Shown here piece after piece: positions 22,950 to 32,708 of a stretch of 64,000 nucleotides of DNA (position 1 is the first letter of the stretch; every line of letters begins with the position of its first letter). The DNA lies in assembly GCA_963704125.1 (NCBI GenBank), contig CAVPHA010000021.1:514857-578856 (forward strand), given 5' to 3'. A model generated the notes under the pieces. It was not told the DNA's origin, did no database searches, and was given only the letters and a program-made list of their open reading frames with translations. This DNA is from an uncultured Acidobacteriota bacterium (lineage in GTDB: Bacteria; Acidobacteriota; Thermoanaerobaculia; Thermoanaerobaculales; Sulfomarinibacteraceae). The position numbers and the translations under genes are program-made.

Positions 22950-23590
22950 CCACCTCCGAACATCTCCTCGATGGCGGATGGTGTCGATTGCTTCTCCCCC
23001 GGTTGATCGAGGCGTCGGGCGACGTATTTGGCGAGGACATCGGTCTCGAGATGGAGGCGGGCGCCGACCGCCAGCTTGCCGAGGGTTGTTGCATCGAGCG
23101 TCTGGGGGATCAGCGCGACCTCGAAGAAGTCGGCGCCGAGGGCCGAGACGGTGAGCGACACCCCGTCGAGGGCGACGCTGCCCTTGGCGGCGATCTCTCG
23201 GCTGTGCGCTGCCGGCAGCGACAGTCGCCAGCGCTGGAAACCGCCCTCGGGGAGGATGGACACGAGCCGGACGTGGGCGTCGACATGACCCTGGACGAGA
23301 TGGCCGCCGAAACGGTCGCCGAGTCTGAGGGCGCGCTCGAGGTTGACGGCATTGCCCGGTCGCAGCTCTCCGAGGAGGGTGCGGTCGAGGGTTTCGGGTG
23401 ACAGATCGGCGGCGAAGGATCGGGCCGACGGTTCGAGCGCGGTGAGACACGCGCCGTTGACGGCCACGCTGTCGCCCCGTTTAGGCGGCGACGCGTCGGG
23501 CCAATCGACCTCGACTTCGAGGCGGGCGCCGCCGCCGGAGCGGACCATGCGTCGGGCGGTGCCGATGGTCTCAATCAGACCCGTAAACAT
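22940..23590 (-). CDS. ribE: riboflavin synthase alpha subunit
   Basis: 'MFTGLIETIGT...GDSVAVNGACLT...GGHLVQGHVD' shows the two lumazine-binding repeats. Confidence 0.9.
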   Translation of the reverse strand: MFTGLIETIGTARRMVRSGGGARLEVEVDWPDASPPKRGDSVAVNGACLTALEPSARSFAADLSPETLDRTLLGELRPGNAVNLERALRLGDRFGGHLVQGHVDAHVRLVSILPEGGFQRWRLSLPAAHSREIAAKGSVALDGVSLTVSALGADFFEVALIPQTLDATTLGKLAVGARLHLETDVLAKYVARRLDQPGEKQSTPSAIEEMFGGGGA

Positions 23591-24672
23591 CCGCATCCTC
23601 CGGGCGTACGCAGTGGAGCTCGAGGTCGTCGCCGTGGCGGCGCACCTCGTCGAAGTGAAAGCGACGCGCGAGCTCGAGATCGCCGGCTCCGAAGCCGCCG
23701 ACAGCGGCGGGCGCCTCCCCGCCGATGATCAGGGGGGCAACAAAGAAGAACAGCTCGTCGACGAGATCCCCATCGAAGAACGAGCCGTGGACGGTGGCCC
23801 CGCCCTCGACCAGGAGAGCGGCGATGCCGCGCTGCCCCAGGTGGTCGAGGAGCGCGCCGAGATCGACTCGTCCGAGATCGTCGGCGGGAAGCTCCACCAC
23901 TTCGACCCCGGCGTCGGCGAGGCGTCGTGCGATCCTCATCCGCGGCTTCGGCGGTGTGGGCGACGACGGTCATCTCGGGATCGGACGCCACGACGACGGC
24001 ATCGGTTGGAATCCGCAACCTGGAGTCGAGGATCACCCGTCGCCAATCATCACCGAGGTTGAGACCGAGACGGCGGGTCAGACGGGGGTTGTCGGCGATG
24101 ACGGTGCCGACGCCGACCAGGATGGCGTCGTGTTCTTCGCGAAGTTCGAGCCCGCGGTTGCGCGCCGCCTCGCCGGTGATCCACTTCGAGCGGCCGGTCC
24201 GGGTGGCGATACGACCATCGAGGGACACCGCGGCCTTGGCGCTGACCCACGGCCGGCGGGTCTGCGCCCAGCGCAACCACCGGCGGTTGAGGATTCGACC
24301 GCTCTCGGACTTGATTCCCTCGGCGACATCGATGCCTTCGGCGCGGAGGCGCTCGAGTCCGCCTGAAGCGATGGGGTTCGGGTCTTTCATGGCCACCACG
24401 ACGCGTCTCAGACCGGCGGCGATGATGGCTTCGACGCACGGCGGGGTCCGACCCTGGTGGGCGCAGGGTTCGAGGGTGACGTACATGGTGCCGCCGCGGG
24501 CGCTCTCACCCGCCTGGGCGAGTGCGTGCACCTCGGCGTGGGGGCCGCCGCAGCGAGCGTGGTGCCCCTCGCCGACGAGGCGACCCGCGGGGTCGAGCAC
24601 CACCGCACCCACCATGGGGTTGGGGGAGGCGCCGTATCGACCTCTGGCGGCGAGCTCGATGGCGTGCTGCAT
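23571..24672 (-). CDS. ribD: bifunctional diaminohydroxyphosphoribosylaminopyrimidine deaminase / 5-amino-6-(5-phosphoribosylamino)uracil reductase (frameshift near 23940)
   Basis: Deaminase zinc motifs 'HAEVHAL' and 'PCAHQGRTPPC'. The reductase C-terminus is in ORF 23571..23939. Confidence 0.9.
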
Positions 24673-24880
24673 CCATTTTGTGTCAATCACATCAACAGCA
24701 TTGTCTCGACCCGCCGCGTGGGTCGGTTCCGGTGGGAGAGAGCGCCAGATGGGCTCCGACTTGGTGTCCCGGGCGCCGCGTCCCCCATGTTCATCATCTG
24801 GTGAATTCAACCCAATTCGTTCCCGATCCGAGGTACACACCAGTGTATCGGAGTCGGAGTCAAGCCTCAACGTCGAGTGT

Positions 24881-25858
24881 TCACGCCTCCGACTCGAGCA
24901 GCGAGTCGACGAAATCAACCGGATCGAAGGGCAGGAGATCGTCGATGCCTTCGCCGACCCCGATCCAGCGCACGGGCAGCTTGAGGGTCTCGGCGATGGC
25001 GAGGACCACGCCGCCCTTGGCGGTTCCGTCGAGCTTGGTGAGGACGACGCCGTCGACCCCGGCGGTGGCGCCGAACTTCTGCGCCTGCTCGATCCCGTTG
25101 GACCCGGTGGTGGCGTCGAGCACCAGGAGAACCTCGTGTGGAGCGCCGTCGACCTCGCGGGCGGCAATGCCCTTGACCTTCTCGAGCTCCTTCATGAGAT
25201 TGGCTCGGTTGTGGAGGCGCCCGGCGGTATCGATCAGAACCTCGTCGATGTTGCGTGATTTGGCGGCGGCGATGGCGTCGTAGACGACGGCCGCGGGATC
25301 GGCGCCTTCCCGCTGGTGGATCACCGGCGCGTCGACCCGCTCGGCCCAGACCATGAGCTGTTCCACCGCGGCGGCGCGGAAGGTGTCGGCAGCTGCGAGG
25401 ATCACCGAGGACCCGGCTTCTTGACGCCGTTTGGCCAGTTTGGCGATGGTCGTGGTTTTCCCGGTGCCGTTGACCCCAACGACGAGGGTCACAGTCGGTC
25501 GTCCGCCGCCCGAGAAACGAGGGTTGTCGGCGTCGTTGAGGAGTTTCAGGAGACGCTGCCTGACCGCTGGACGGAGCTCCTCGGCGGTGGTGATTCGACC
25601 GGCCCTGACCTCGGCGCGAAGCTCGTCGGCGAGCCGAACTGAAAGCCCGACCCCGGCATCCGCGGCGATGAGAGCCTCCTCGAGACGGTCGATCTGCGCG
25701 GGTTCGACGGGCCCGGTTCGTTGCAGAGCCTCGCCGACCTTTTCGAGGAACTCGGTGTGGGTCATGAAGAGGCCGCGTTTGAGTTTCTTCAGGAATGTTC
25801 CGGCCATTGTGTCTCCCGGTTCGCGCCGGCCGATGGTCGGCGGAAGCTTGGTTGTCAT
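24881..25858 (-). CDS. ftsY: signal recognition particle receptor FtsY
   Basis: 'GVNGTGKTTTIAKLA', 'DTAGRLH' and 'TKLDGTAKGG' are the SRP GTPase motifs. The true start may be the internal Met near 25807. Confidence 0.9.
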   Translation of the reverse strand: MTTKLPPTIGRREPGDTMAGTFLKKLKRGLFMTHTEFLEKVGEALQRTGPVEPAQIDRLEEALIAADAGVGLSVRLADELRAEVRAGRITTAEELRPAVRQRLLKLLNDADNPRFSGGGRPTVTLVVGVNGTGKTTTIAKLAKRRQEAGSSVILAAADTFRAAAVEQLMVWAERVDAPVIHQREGADPAAVVYDAIAAAKSRNIDEVLIDTAGRLHNRANLMKELEKVKGIAAREVDGAPHEVLLVLDATTGSNGIEQAQKFGATAGVDGVVLTKLDGTAKGGVVLAIAETLKLPVRWIGVGEGIDDLLPFDPVDFVDSLLESEA

Positions 25859-25905
25859 CGGATCGGCCCGTGCCGGCCGGTCGTGGATTCTCGGTGATCG
25901 CTGAG

Positions 25906-26268
25906 CTACTCGAGTTCGCGGGCGAGCATTTTTGCGGTTTGGCGAAGATGATGCTGCGCCCGAGCTCGTGCGACGGGTTTGCGCGCGACGAGCACCACAT
26001 AGTAGCCATCGGGAAGGAGGTGCGTCAACGTCGCGAGCTCGCTGGCCTCGGCCATGAAGAACTCGAGGCTGCCGATGCCTGCTGTGGCGAAGGCCGAACC
26101 CAGTCGACGGGTGAAGAGGCCCTGGTAGGCGCCCTCGACCTTGAGGTCGAACGGCTCACCGTGGCGGGTCACGAAATCGACGGTCTCGCCCTCGTCATCG
26201 ACAAAGACCGCACCGACCGCTTCCGGAACGTCGATGAGGAGGTTGGTGAGCAGGTAGTTGAAGGGCAT
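25906..26268 (-). CDS. Roadblock/LC7 (MglB-like) domain protein
   Basis: 120 aa. The N-terminal '...LLIDVPEAVGAVFVDDEGETV' pattern is typical of Robl/LC7. Confidence 0.6.
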   Translation of the reverse strand: MPFNYLLTNLLIDVPEAVGAVFVDDEGETVDFVTRHGEPFDLKVEGAYQGLFTRRLGSAFATAGIGSLEFFMAEASELATLTHLLPDGYYVVLVARKPVARARAQHHLRQTAKMLARELE

Positions 26269-27062
26269 CAGGGGAGGCCGAGAAGCAGCCGAGCCTCTGT
26301 AGCCAATGGCGATCCGGGATCGGAGGCGATGACATCCTCGAGAAGCGGCCGCGCCTCATCCGGGCGACCCGCATCAATCAGCAGCCGGCCGTAAGCGAGG
26401 ATTCCGTCGAGCCGTTCGGGGAATTTGAAGTGCGCCTCTTCCAAGAGACCGAGGGCCGAGTCGATCCGCCCCTGCGACTGTGCGATCTCGGCGAGACGCA
26501 GGTAGGCTTCGAAGACCGGGTTCGTCGCGGTGATCGCCTTGGTGAAGTTTTCTTCGGCCGCTCCGGCTTGACCGCGGCCCAAATAGGTCAAACCCAGGTT
26601 GTAGTAGACCTTCCAGCGGTGGGGATAGGTGGAGTCGGAGAGAACGGCGATGAAATCGACCTCCGCAAGACGGTATTGCTCGAGGGCGAGGTAGGTCGTG
26701 CCGCGGTTGTTTCGGGCATCGGTGAAACCCGGGATCATTCCGAGCGCCGTGTCGAAGCTCTCGAGAGCTTTGTCCAGCTGGTGGAGGCTGAGGTAGCAGA
26801 GCCCGGACATGTTGTAGGTCGTGGCGTTGCCCGGGTTGGCGGCATCGGCCTGGCGGAAACGCTCGAGAGCTTCTTCGTACCGCTGCTGCTGCATGAAGAC
26901 ATAGCCCTGCCGCATCAGCGACTGGGCGAGCAAGGGATCGGTGGCGCTCTGTTTCTTGTTCTTCTTCGGATCCGGGGACGGCGAGGCGTGGACGGCAACG
27001 ATTCCGGTTGCACACACCACGAACATGACGAAGCAGACGGCGTACGGCGAAAGGCGTTTCAT
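26268..27062 (-). CDS. TPR-repeat exported protein
   Basis: Signal peptide followed by about 5 TPR units ('YEEALERFRQA...', 'LDKALESFDTAL...'). Confidence 0.7.
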   Translation of the reverse strand: MKRLSPYAVCFVMFVVCATGIVAVHASPSPDPKKNKKQSATDPLLAQSLMRQGYVFMQQQRYEEALERFRQADAANPGNATTYNMSGLCYLSLHQLDKALESFDTALGMIPGFTDARNNRGTTYLALEQYRLAEVDFIAVLSDSTYPHRWKVYYNLGLTYLGRGQAGAAEENFTKAITATNPVFEAYLRLAEIAQSQGRIDSALGLLEEAHFKFPERLDGILAYGRLLIDAGRPDEARPLLEDVIASDPGSPLATEARLLLGLP

Positions 27063-28801
27063 GATTCCTCCTGGTGCGACCCGGTGTCTTCCCCATGGGA
27101 TGCGACCTCCGGCGGCATGATGTCGCCCGCCGCAACGGCTGCGGCGAAGGCGCCGACCACCGTGGGATCGAAACGGGTGCCGGCCATGGACTTCATCTTT
27201 TCGGCCACATGGGTGAAAGGCATGGCGTTCTGGTAGGGTCGGTTGGTGGTCATGGCGTCGAAGGTGTCGGCAACTCCGATGATCCTGGCCACCATGGGGA
27301 TCTGTTCTCCAACGAGCTTGTCCGGGTAGCCCTTGCCATCCCAGGTTTCATGGTGGTTGCGGATGCCGGGGATGATGGATTTCAGTTTGCTGATGGGCGC
27401 CATGATCTGCGCCCCGATTCCAGGATGGCGACGCATGATCTCGTACTCTTTGTCAGTGAGACCACCCGGTTTGTTGAGGATCCCATCCTCGATGCCGAGC
27501 TTGCCGACGTCGTGCAGAATCGCGGCGATGCGAATGTGGAAGACATCTTCGAAACCGAGCCCGAGGTGGCGGGCGATGGCCATGGAGTAGGCGCTCACAC
27601 GCTCCGAGTGACCTTTGGTGTAGGGGTCTTTGGCATCGATGGCGGCGGCCAGCGTGCGGATCGTCTCTAAAAAGAGTTCTTGGTTCTGCCGCAGGGCGTG
27701 CTTGAGCTTGCGGACCAGAGATTCGATGCTCTCCGCCATGTGGTTGAAGTTACCGCCGAGTTGGGCGATCTCATTCTCGCCGTGGACCTCCGAACGAACG
27801 CTGAGCTTGCCATCGGAGATCTCGCTCGAGATTTGGGCCAGGGCCTGCAGGGGATTGATCAGTCGGCGGCTCAGAATGATGCCCAATCCGAGGGCCACCA
27901 GACCGGCGACCGCGCTGACCATGAGCGTGCGCTGTTGCATGACTCGGACCGGTGCGAAGGCGATGGAGGTCGGTCGCTCGAGAATGACGCCCCACCCCAG
28001 GCTGGTCACCGGCGCCGCCGATCCGAGAACCTGACCGGCGTCGGGGTTGAGCGGATTGGTATACGTCGAGGTCAGCGCGAGGGGGCGGGTGAGAAAGTCG
28101 CGGACCAGGGGCGACTCCGAAAGGGATTCTCCTCGAAGGGAAGGCGCCGAACTCAGGATCACCTGTCCACCGCCGTCGATGACGCATACAAAAAGACCGC
28201 TGAAGGTGTTGTCGTTGAACTCCTGCTCGAGGTCGGCGAAGTCAAGCACACCCGCCAGGCTCCCCCAGGTCGTACCATCCGCCGCCCGGAACGGGAATAC
28301 CAGGATCGCCCACGGGGAACGGTCGGCCGAGAGTTCGAGCCGAAACTCGGGGGACGGCTCGCCGGCCAAAGCGATGTCGTGGGTCGATCGGACGATCTCG
28401 GAGAGCTGCTCGACCTTGGCGGCCTCGAGCTGAGGATCGTAGACGTAGCTCCCTTCGCCATCTCGGTTGAGGATTTGGAGATAGGAATAGGACGGACCGA
28501 CCGCTCTCGCCATTTCTTCGAGGAAGGGCTCGAAGGAGGCGACGTTCACGTCGGCGGAGACCGCCAGAGCGCGTGCGGTGCTTTCGAGATAGCTGCTCCG
28601 GCTGGAAAAGAAGAAATCGAGTTCGTTGGCCAGGCTCACCGCCTGGCGGTTGAGGTAGAGCTTTTCGACGGTGGTGAGGTGCTCGCGGTTGTAGGATGCA
28701 AACAGCCAACCGGAGAGAACCACCGGTGCGACCGTTACCAACACCAGAGTCGCGGCGATGGGGTAGGTCAGGCTCGATTTGAAACGTGTCAGAAGGCTCA
28801 T
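27059..28801 (-). CDS. membrane sensor HD-GYP phosphodiesterase (Cache-like periplasmic domain, HAMP, HD-GYP)
   Basis: 'HDVGKLGI', 'HHETWDGKGYP' and a HAMP segment after TM2. Intact 580 aa ORF. Confidence 0.85.
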   Translation of the reverse strand: MSLLTRFKSSLTYPIAATLVLVTVAPVVLSGWLFASYNREHLTTVEKLYLNRQAVSLANELDFFFSSRSSYLESTARALAVSADVNVASFEPFLEEMARAVGPSYSYLQILNRDGEGSYVYDPQLEAAKVEQLSEIVRSTHDIALAGEPSPEFRLELSADRSPWAILVFPFRAADGTTWGSLAGVLDFADLEQEFNDNTFSGLFVCVIDGGGQVILSSAPSLRGESLSESPLVRDFLTRPLALTSTYTNPLNPDAGQVLGSAAPVTSLGWGVILERPTSIAFAPVRVMQQRTLMVSAVAGLVALGLGIILSRRLINPLQALAQISSEISDGKLSVRSEVHGENEIAQLGGNFNHMAESIESLVRKLKHALRQNQELFLETIRTLAAAIDAKDPYTKGHSERVSAYSMAIARHLGLGFEDVFHIRIAAILHDVGKLGIEDGILNKPGGLTDKEYEIMRRHPGIGAQIMAPISKLKSIIPGIRNHHETWDGKGYPDKLVGEQIPMVARIIGVADTFDAMTTNRPYQNAMPFTHVAEKMKSMAGTRFDPTVVGAFAAAVAAGDIMPPEVASHGEDTGSHQEES

Positions 28802-28882
28802 CTGATCGGCGACAAATATATCATGACGCGAGAGATGGAATCATTCTTGTTGAACCGGGTCACACCGAGGGGGAACCTCTGA

Positions 28883-30541
28883 ATGGACCGAAATACAGCT
28901 GCCGAAACCCTCCGTGAAATCGCCCGTCTCCTCGAGGTCGCGGGCGAGAACCCCCACCGCGTCCGGGCATTTGCGACGGCCGCGCGAGCGGTGAAAGCCG
29001 CCCCGGCCGATCTCGATGAACTGGTTGCCTCGGGCTCCGTCCTCGATCTCAAGGGGGTGGGGAAGGGGATCGCAGCGGTTCTCGAAGAGCTTGTGTCGGG
29101 TCATCGGCCGCGAGCCTTGATCGACGCCGAAGTCCGGGTGCCGCCGGGCGTGCGCGAGATCATGGACCTGCCGGGCCTCGGACCGAAGAAGGTGCGGATC
29201 TTGTGGCAGGGGTTGGGGGTGGAGACCCTCGGCGAGCTCGAATACGCCTGTCGGGAGAATCGTCTGCTCGGTCTCAAGGGTTTCGGACCCGCCTCTCAGG
29301 CCGCGGTACTGGAGGCGGTCATCTTCCACAACCGATCGGGAGAAAAGAGGCTCCTGCACGAGGCGTGGGCGGCCGCGGAGGGACACCGTCAGCTCCTGGC
29401 GGGGTTGCCGGGTGTGGTGTCCGTCGGTGTGGCCGGCGAGCTCCGCCGAATGTGCGAAACCATCGGCGAGATCGCTTTTGTGGTGACGATGGACGGCTCC
29501 GGCGATGCGGGCAGGGTGGCTCGATCGCTCGGCGACGCGGAGATGATCGTCGAGGGCCAGTGGTTGTCTCGACCCGACCACGGTCTCGCGCTGCGGCTCT
29601 GGTTCGCCCCGCCCCTCGATCAGGGTGCGACGTGGATTCGCGCCACGGGGAGCGATGCCTTCACCGCAGCTTTGCTTGACCTCGCGGAGAATCGAGGCGG
29701 CGGCGACGTCCTCTCCGGTGAGGACGAGGCATCGGTCTTTCAAGGGCTCGGTCTGCCGTGGATCCCGCCGGAACTTCGGGAGGAACCGCGGTGGTTGGAT
29801 CGAGCCGGCGGCGCCGTGCCCTTGTTGGTCGAGTTCGCCGATCTTCGCGGCGTGCTCCACAACCACACCACCGACTCGGATGGCATTGCCTCGCTTCAGG
29901 AAATGGCGGCTGCCTCGGCGGGTCTCGGGTGGTGCTTTTTCGGCGTGGCCGACCACTCGCCCGCAGCCACCTACGCCAACGGAGTCGATGCGGAGCGACT
30001 TCGGAATCAGTGGGCGAGGGCCGACGCCTGGAATGCGGCCAACCCCGGTCTGCGCATTGTCAAAGGACTCGAGGCGGACATTCTCGGCGACGGCCGTCTC
30101 GATATTCCCGAGGGCTGTGAGTCCGGTCTCGACTATGTCGTGGCGTCGGTCCATTCGTCGTTCCGGCTCAGCGAAGAGGCCCAAACCGAGAGGATCGTGG
30201 CGGCGGTTCGCCATCCGGCATGCCGGGTCCTCGGTCATCCCACAGGTCGCCTGCTTCTGGCCCGACCCGGCTACGCCGTCGATCTCGAGCGGGTCCTGGA
30301 CGCTTGTGCGGAAAACCGGGTGGCGGTGGAGATCAACGCCAGCCCGTACCGCCTCGACCTCGATTGGCGGTGGGCGCGGCGGGCGCTCGAGAAGGAGCTG
30401 AAACTGGTCATCAACCCTGATGCGCACTCCATTGATGGGCTCGACAATGTCCGCTGGGGAGTCGCCGTCGCCCGCCGCGCCGGTGCAAGGGCGGACGAAA
30501 TCGTCAATTGCCGTGAAATCGACGAGTTTGTCGCGGGCTGA
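28883..30541 (+). CDS. polX: PolX-family protein (pol-beta-like N-terminal part plus PHP phosphoesterase domain)
   Basis: HhH motifs 'LKGVGKGIA' and 'LPGLGPKKV'. PHP 'LHNHTTDSDG...ADH'. The palm motif reads 'GELRRMCETIGEIAFVV' instead of GS.RR..ET.GD.D. Confidence 0.8.
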   Translation: MDRNTAAETLREIARLLEVAGENPHRVRAFATAARAVKAAPADLDELVASGSVLDLKGVGKGIAAVLEELVSGHRPRALIDAEVRVPPGVREIMDLPGLGPKKVRILWQGLGVETLGELEYACRENRLLGLKGFGPASQAAVLEAVIFHNRSGEKRLLHEAWAAAEGHRQLLAGLPGVVSVGVAGELRRMCETIGEIAFVVTMDGSGDAGRVARSLGDAEMIVEGQWLSRPDHGLALRLWFAPPLDQGATWIRATGSDAFTAALLDLAENRGGGDVLSGEDEASVFQGLGLPWIPPELREEPRWLDRAGGAVPLLVEFADLRGVLHNHTTDSDGIASLQEMAAASAGLGWCFFGVADHSPAATYANGVDAERLRNQWARADAWNAANPGLRIVKGLEADILGDGRLDIPEGCESGLDYVVASVHSSFRLSEEAQTERIVAAVRHPACRVLGHPTGRLLLARPGYAVDLERVLDACAENRVAVEINASPYRLDLDWRWARRALEKELKLVINPDAHSIDGLDNVRWGVAVARRAGARADEIVNCREIDEFVAG

Positions 30542-30577
30542 GCGTGGTAATTTTGTAGGTGCTCGGAGGGAAGACCA

Positions 30578-31009
30578 ATGTCGGAAACGGTGCTCGTCGT
30601 CGAGGATGATCCTGCCAACGCCCTGTTGGTGGAGACGATCCTTCGACGTCTGGGCGGGTACGACGTCATCAGCAGCGACGACGGCGACGAGATCCTCGAG
30701 ATCATCATGTCGCGGCCGATCAGCGCCGCGTTGATGGATGTTTCGTTGAAGGACACGCGGGTGGGCGGCACCAAAGTCGATGGCGTCGAGTTGACCCGCC
30801 GGATTCGTTCGCTGCCCGGTGGGGTGGGATTGCCCGTCATCCTGCTGACCGCCCACGCCATGAAGGGCGATCGAGAGCGCCTGCTCTTTTCCTCGGGCGC
30901 GAACGACTATGTCGCGAAGCCGATCGCGGACCAACACGAACTGGTCAATCTGGTTCGTCGGCACATCGAGACGGTTCAGGACTACGAGGAAAATCGTGCC
31001 GAGGACTGA
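30578..31009 (+). CDS. stand-alone response regulator receiver protein
   Basis: 'VLVVEDDPANA', phospho-acceptor 'ALMDVSL', and 'LTAHAMKGD...DYVAKP'. Confidence 0.85.
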   Translation: MSETVLVVEDDPANALLVETILRRLGGYDVISSDDGDEILEIIMSRPISAALMDVSLKDTRVGGTKVDGVELTRRIRSLPGGVGLPVILLTAHAMKGDRERLLFSSGANDYVAKPIADQHELVNLVRRHIETVQDYEENRAED

Positions 31010-31664
31010 CGTCCGGCCGGCCGATTTCTTCAGCGGCGAGGGCTGGATCGACATCAGCAGACCATTGAGTCCCACGACTCCCGTGTGGCCGGGGGACCGG
31101 GTCTTCGAGCTGAGCCGGACGATGTCGGATGGTCTCATGGTCACCGCGTTGACCACCACGTGTCACGTGGGCACCCACGTCGATGCGCCCCTCCACCTCA
31201 CGCCGATGGGAATCGCGACCCATGAGATTCCCTTCGGCCGGCTCATCGGCCCGGCGGAGGTGGTACGCGTGTACGTCAGTGGCGTCGGCGCCCGTCCCGA
31301 GAACCTGCCGTTGGGTTGGGTTCCCCGTGACCCCAAGGTCCTGCTGCGAACCGACAGCCACGACGTCGATGCCCCGATCGAGGATGGTTTTTCCGGGATT
31401 TCGGCCGCGTTGGTGCACTGGCTGGCCGACCATGGGGTGTCGACCCTCGGGGTCGATACGCCGTCCGTCGACGTCTTCTCGTCGACCGAGCTCGAGGCCC
31501 ACAATGCCCTGATCGAGCGCGAGATGACGTGGATCGAAGGTCTTCACCTCGAGGGCGTCGACGCCGGCCGCTACATCCTGGTGGCGCTCCCCATGCCGCT
31601 GCATGGGACCGAGGCCGCGCCGGTTCGGGCGCTGCTCAAGAAAATACCGGAGGACCCTCGCTGA
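30996..31664 (+). CDS. cyclase-family protein / kynurenine formamidase-like
   Basis: 'CHVGTHVDAPLH' is the metal-binding motif of PF04199. The GTG start overlaps the receiver gene end. Confidence 0.7.
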   Translation: MPRTDVRPADFFSGEGWIDISRPLSPTTPVWPGDRVFELSRTMSDGLMVTALTTTCHVGTHVDAPLHLTPMGIATHEIPFGRLIGPAEVVRVYVSGVGARPENLPLGWVPRDPKVLLRTDSHDVDAPIEDGFSGISAALVHWLADHGVSTLGVDTPSVDVFSSTELEAHNALIEREMTWIEGLHLEGVDAGRYILVALPMPLHGTEAAPVRALLKKIPEDPR

Positions 31665-32705
31665 GGCCGTCGGGATCGGCCTGCTTGAGGTGGCGGGCTG
31701 CCTCTTCCGGAGCGGTCGGGTTGATGGTGTAGCCGGATCCCCATTCGAAACCCGCCCGCCGGCTGATTCGCGGGACCAGTTCCAGGTGCCAGTGAAAGTC
31801 GTGCTCGATGGTCGACCAGTCATCCGGGTGGCCGGGTCGGGGGTGGGGACTCGGAGCGGTGTGGAGCACGAGGTTGAATGGAGGATCCTCGAGCAGCCAG
31901 CGAAGCCGGCGAAGGAGATCGCGAAGGATCACCGCCAACCCTCGGAGTTCAGCATCATCGGCGGTCGCGAAATCGTGCCCGTGGCGCCGCGGGAGGATCC
32001 AGGTTTCGAACGGCAGCGCCGAGGCGTAGGGGTTGAGGGCGACGAAGCGATCGGTTTCGATGGCGACCCGGGCGCCGAGCTCGAGTTCCTGGTGGATGAG
32101 GTCGCAGAAAAGGCAGCGCTCCTTGCTCTTGAAGTGCTCGCGGGCCGACTTGAGTTCCTGCGCGACCACCGAGGGGATGATCGGCGTTGCGATGAGCTGC
32201 GAGTGGGCGTGATTGACCGAGGCGCCGGCCTCCTGGCCTTGATTTTTGAAGATCAGAACATAGCGCAGCCGGGTGTCCCGGCGAAGATCGACGATGCGGG
32301 CGCGCCACGCCATGAGCACCTGCAGCAATTCGTCGACCCGAAAATCCGCCATTTCCCGGGTCGATTCGGGGCACTCGACGATGACTTCGTGGGCCCCGAC
32401 ACCGCTGACGCTGTCGTTGAGACCGACCCCCTCGCGGACGACCTCGCCCTCGACGCGCAGAGCGGGGAACTTGTTGGCGAAGACCCTCACCTGCCACCGC
32501 GAGCCGGCGGTGGCGTCGAGGGCCGGGAGCGAGAAGATCTCGGGCGTGGTCTGGTCCTCGTTGCCCGGCGCGAAGGGGTCGATCTCGGGAGATGGAGGCA
32601 TTGCCGCGCGGCGTTGGGATGCAGGAACTCGAGCGGCCGCATCCGTCGCTCGGGAGCGATGATGGCCCAGCGGCCCTTGATCGGACAGTAGCGAAGCTCG
32701 GACAT
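31636..32705 (-). CDS. GalT-family nucleotidyl transferase (galactose-1-phosphate uridylyltransferase-like), frameshift near 32620
   Basis: N-terminal 'RYCPIKGRWAIIAPERR' (ORF 32487..32705). HIT-like 'VNHAHSQLIATP' and 'CLFCDL' lie in ORF 31636.... Confidence 0.8.
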
Positions 32706-32708
32706 GTC

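Noticed and set aside
24673-24880. FMN riboswitch expected upstream of ribD-ribE.
   Set aside because: I could not find the conserved RFN core strings (GGGTGAAATTCCC, ACCGGCGGT, GCCGACAGT, AAGTCTGGATGGGAGA) on either strand. Only small generic hairpins are present. cmscan would be decisive.
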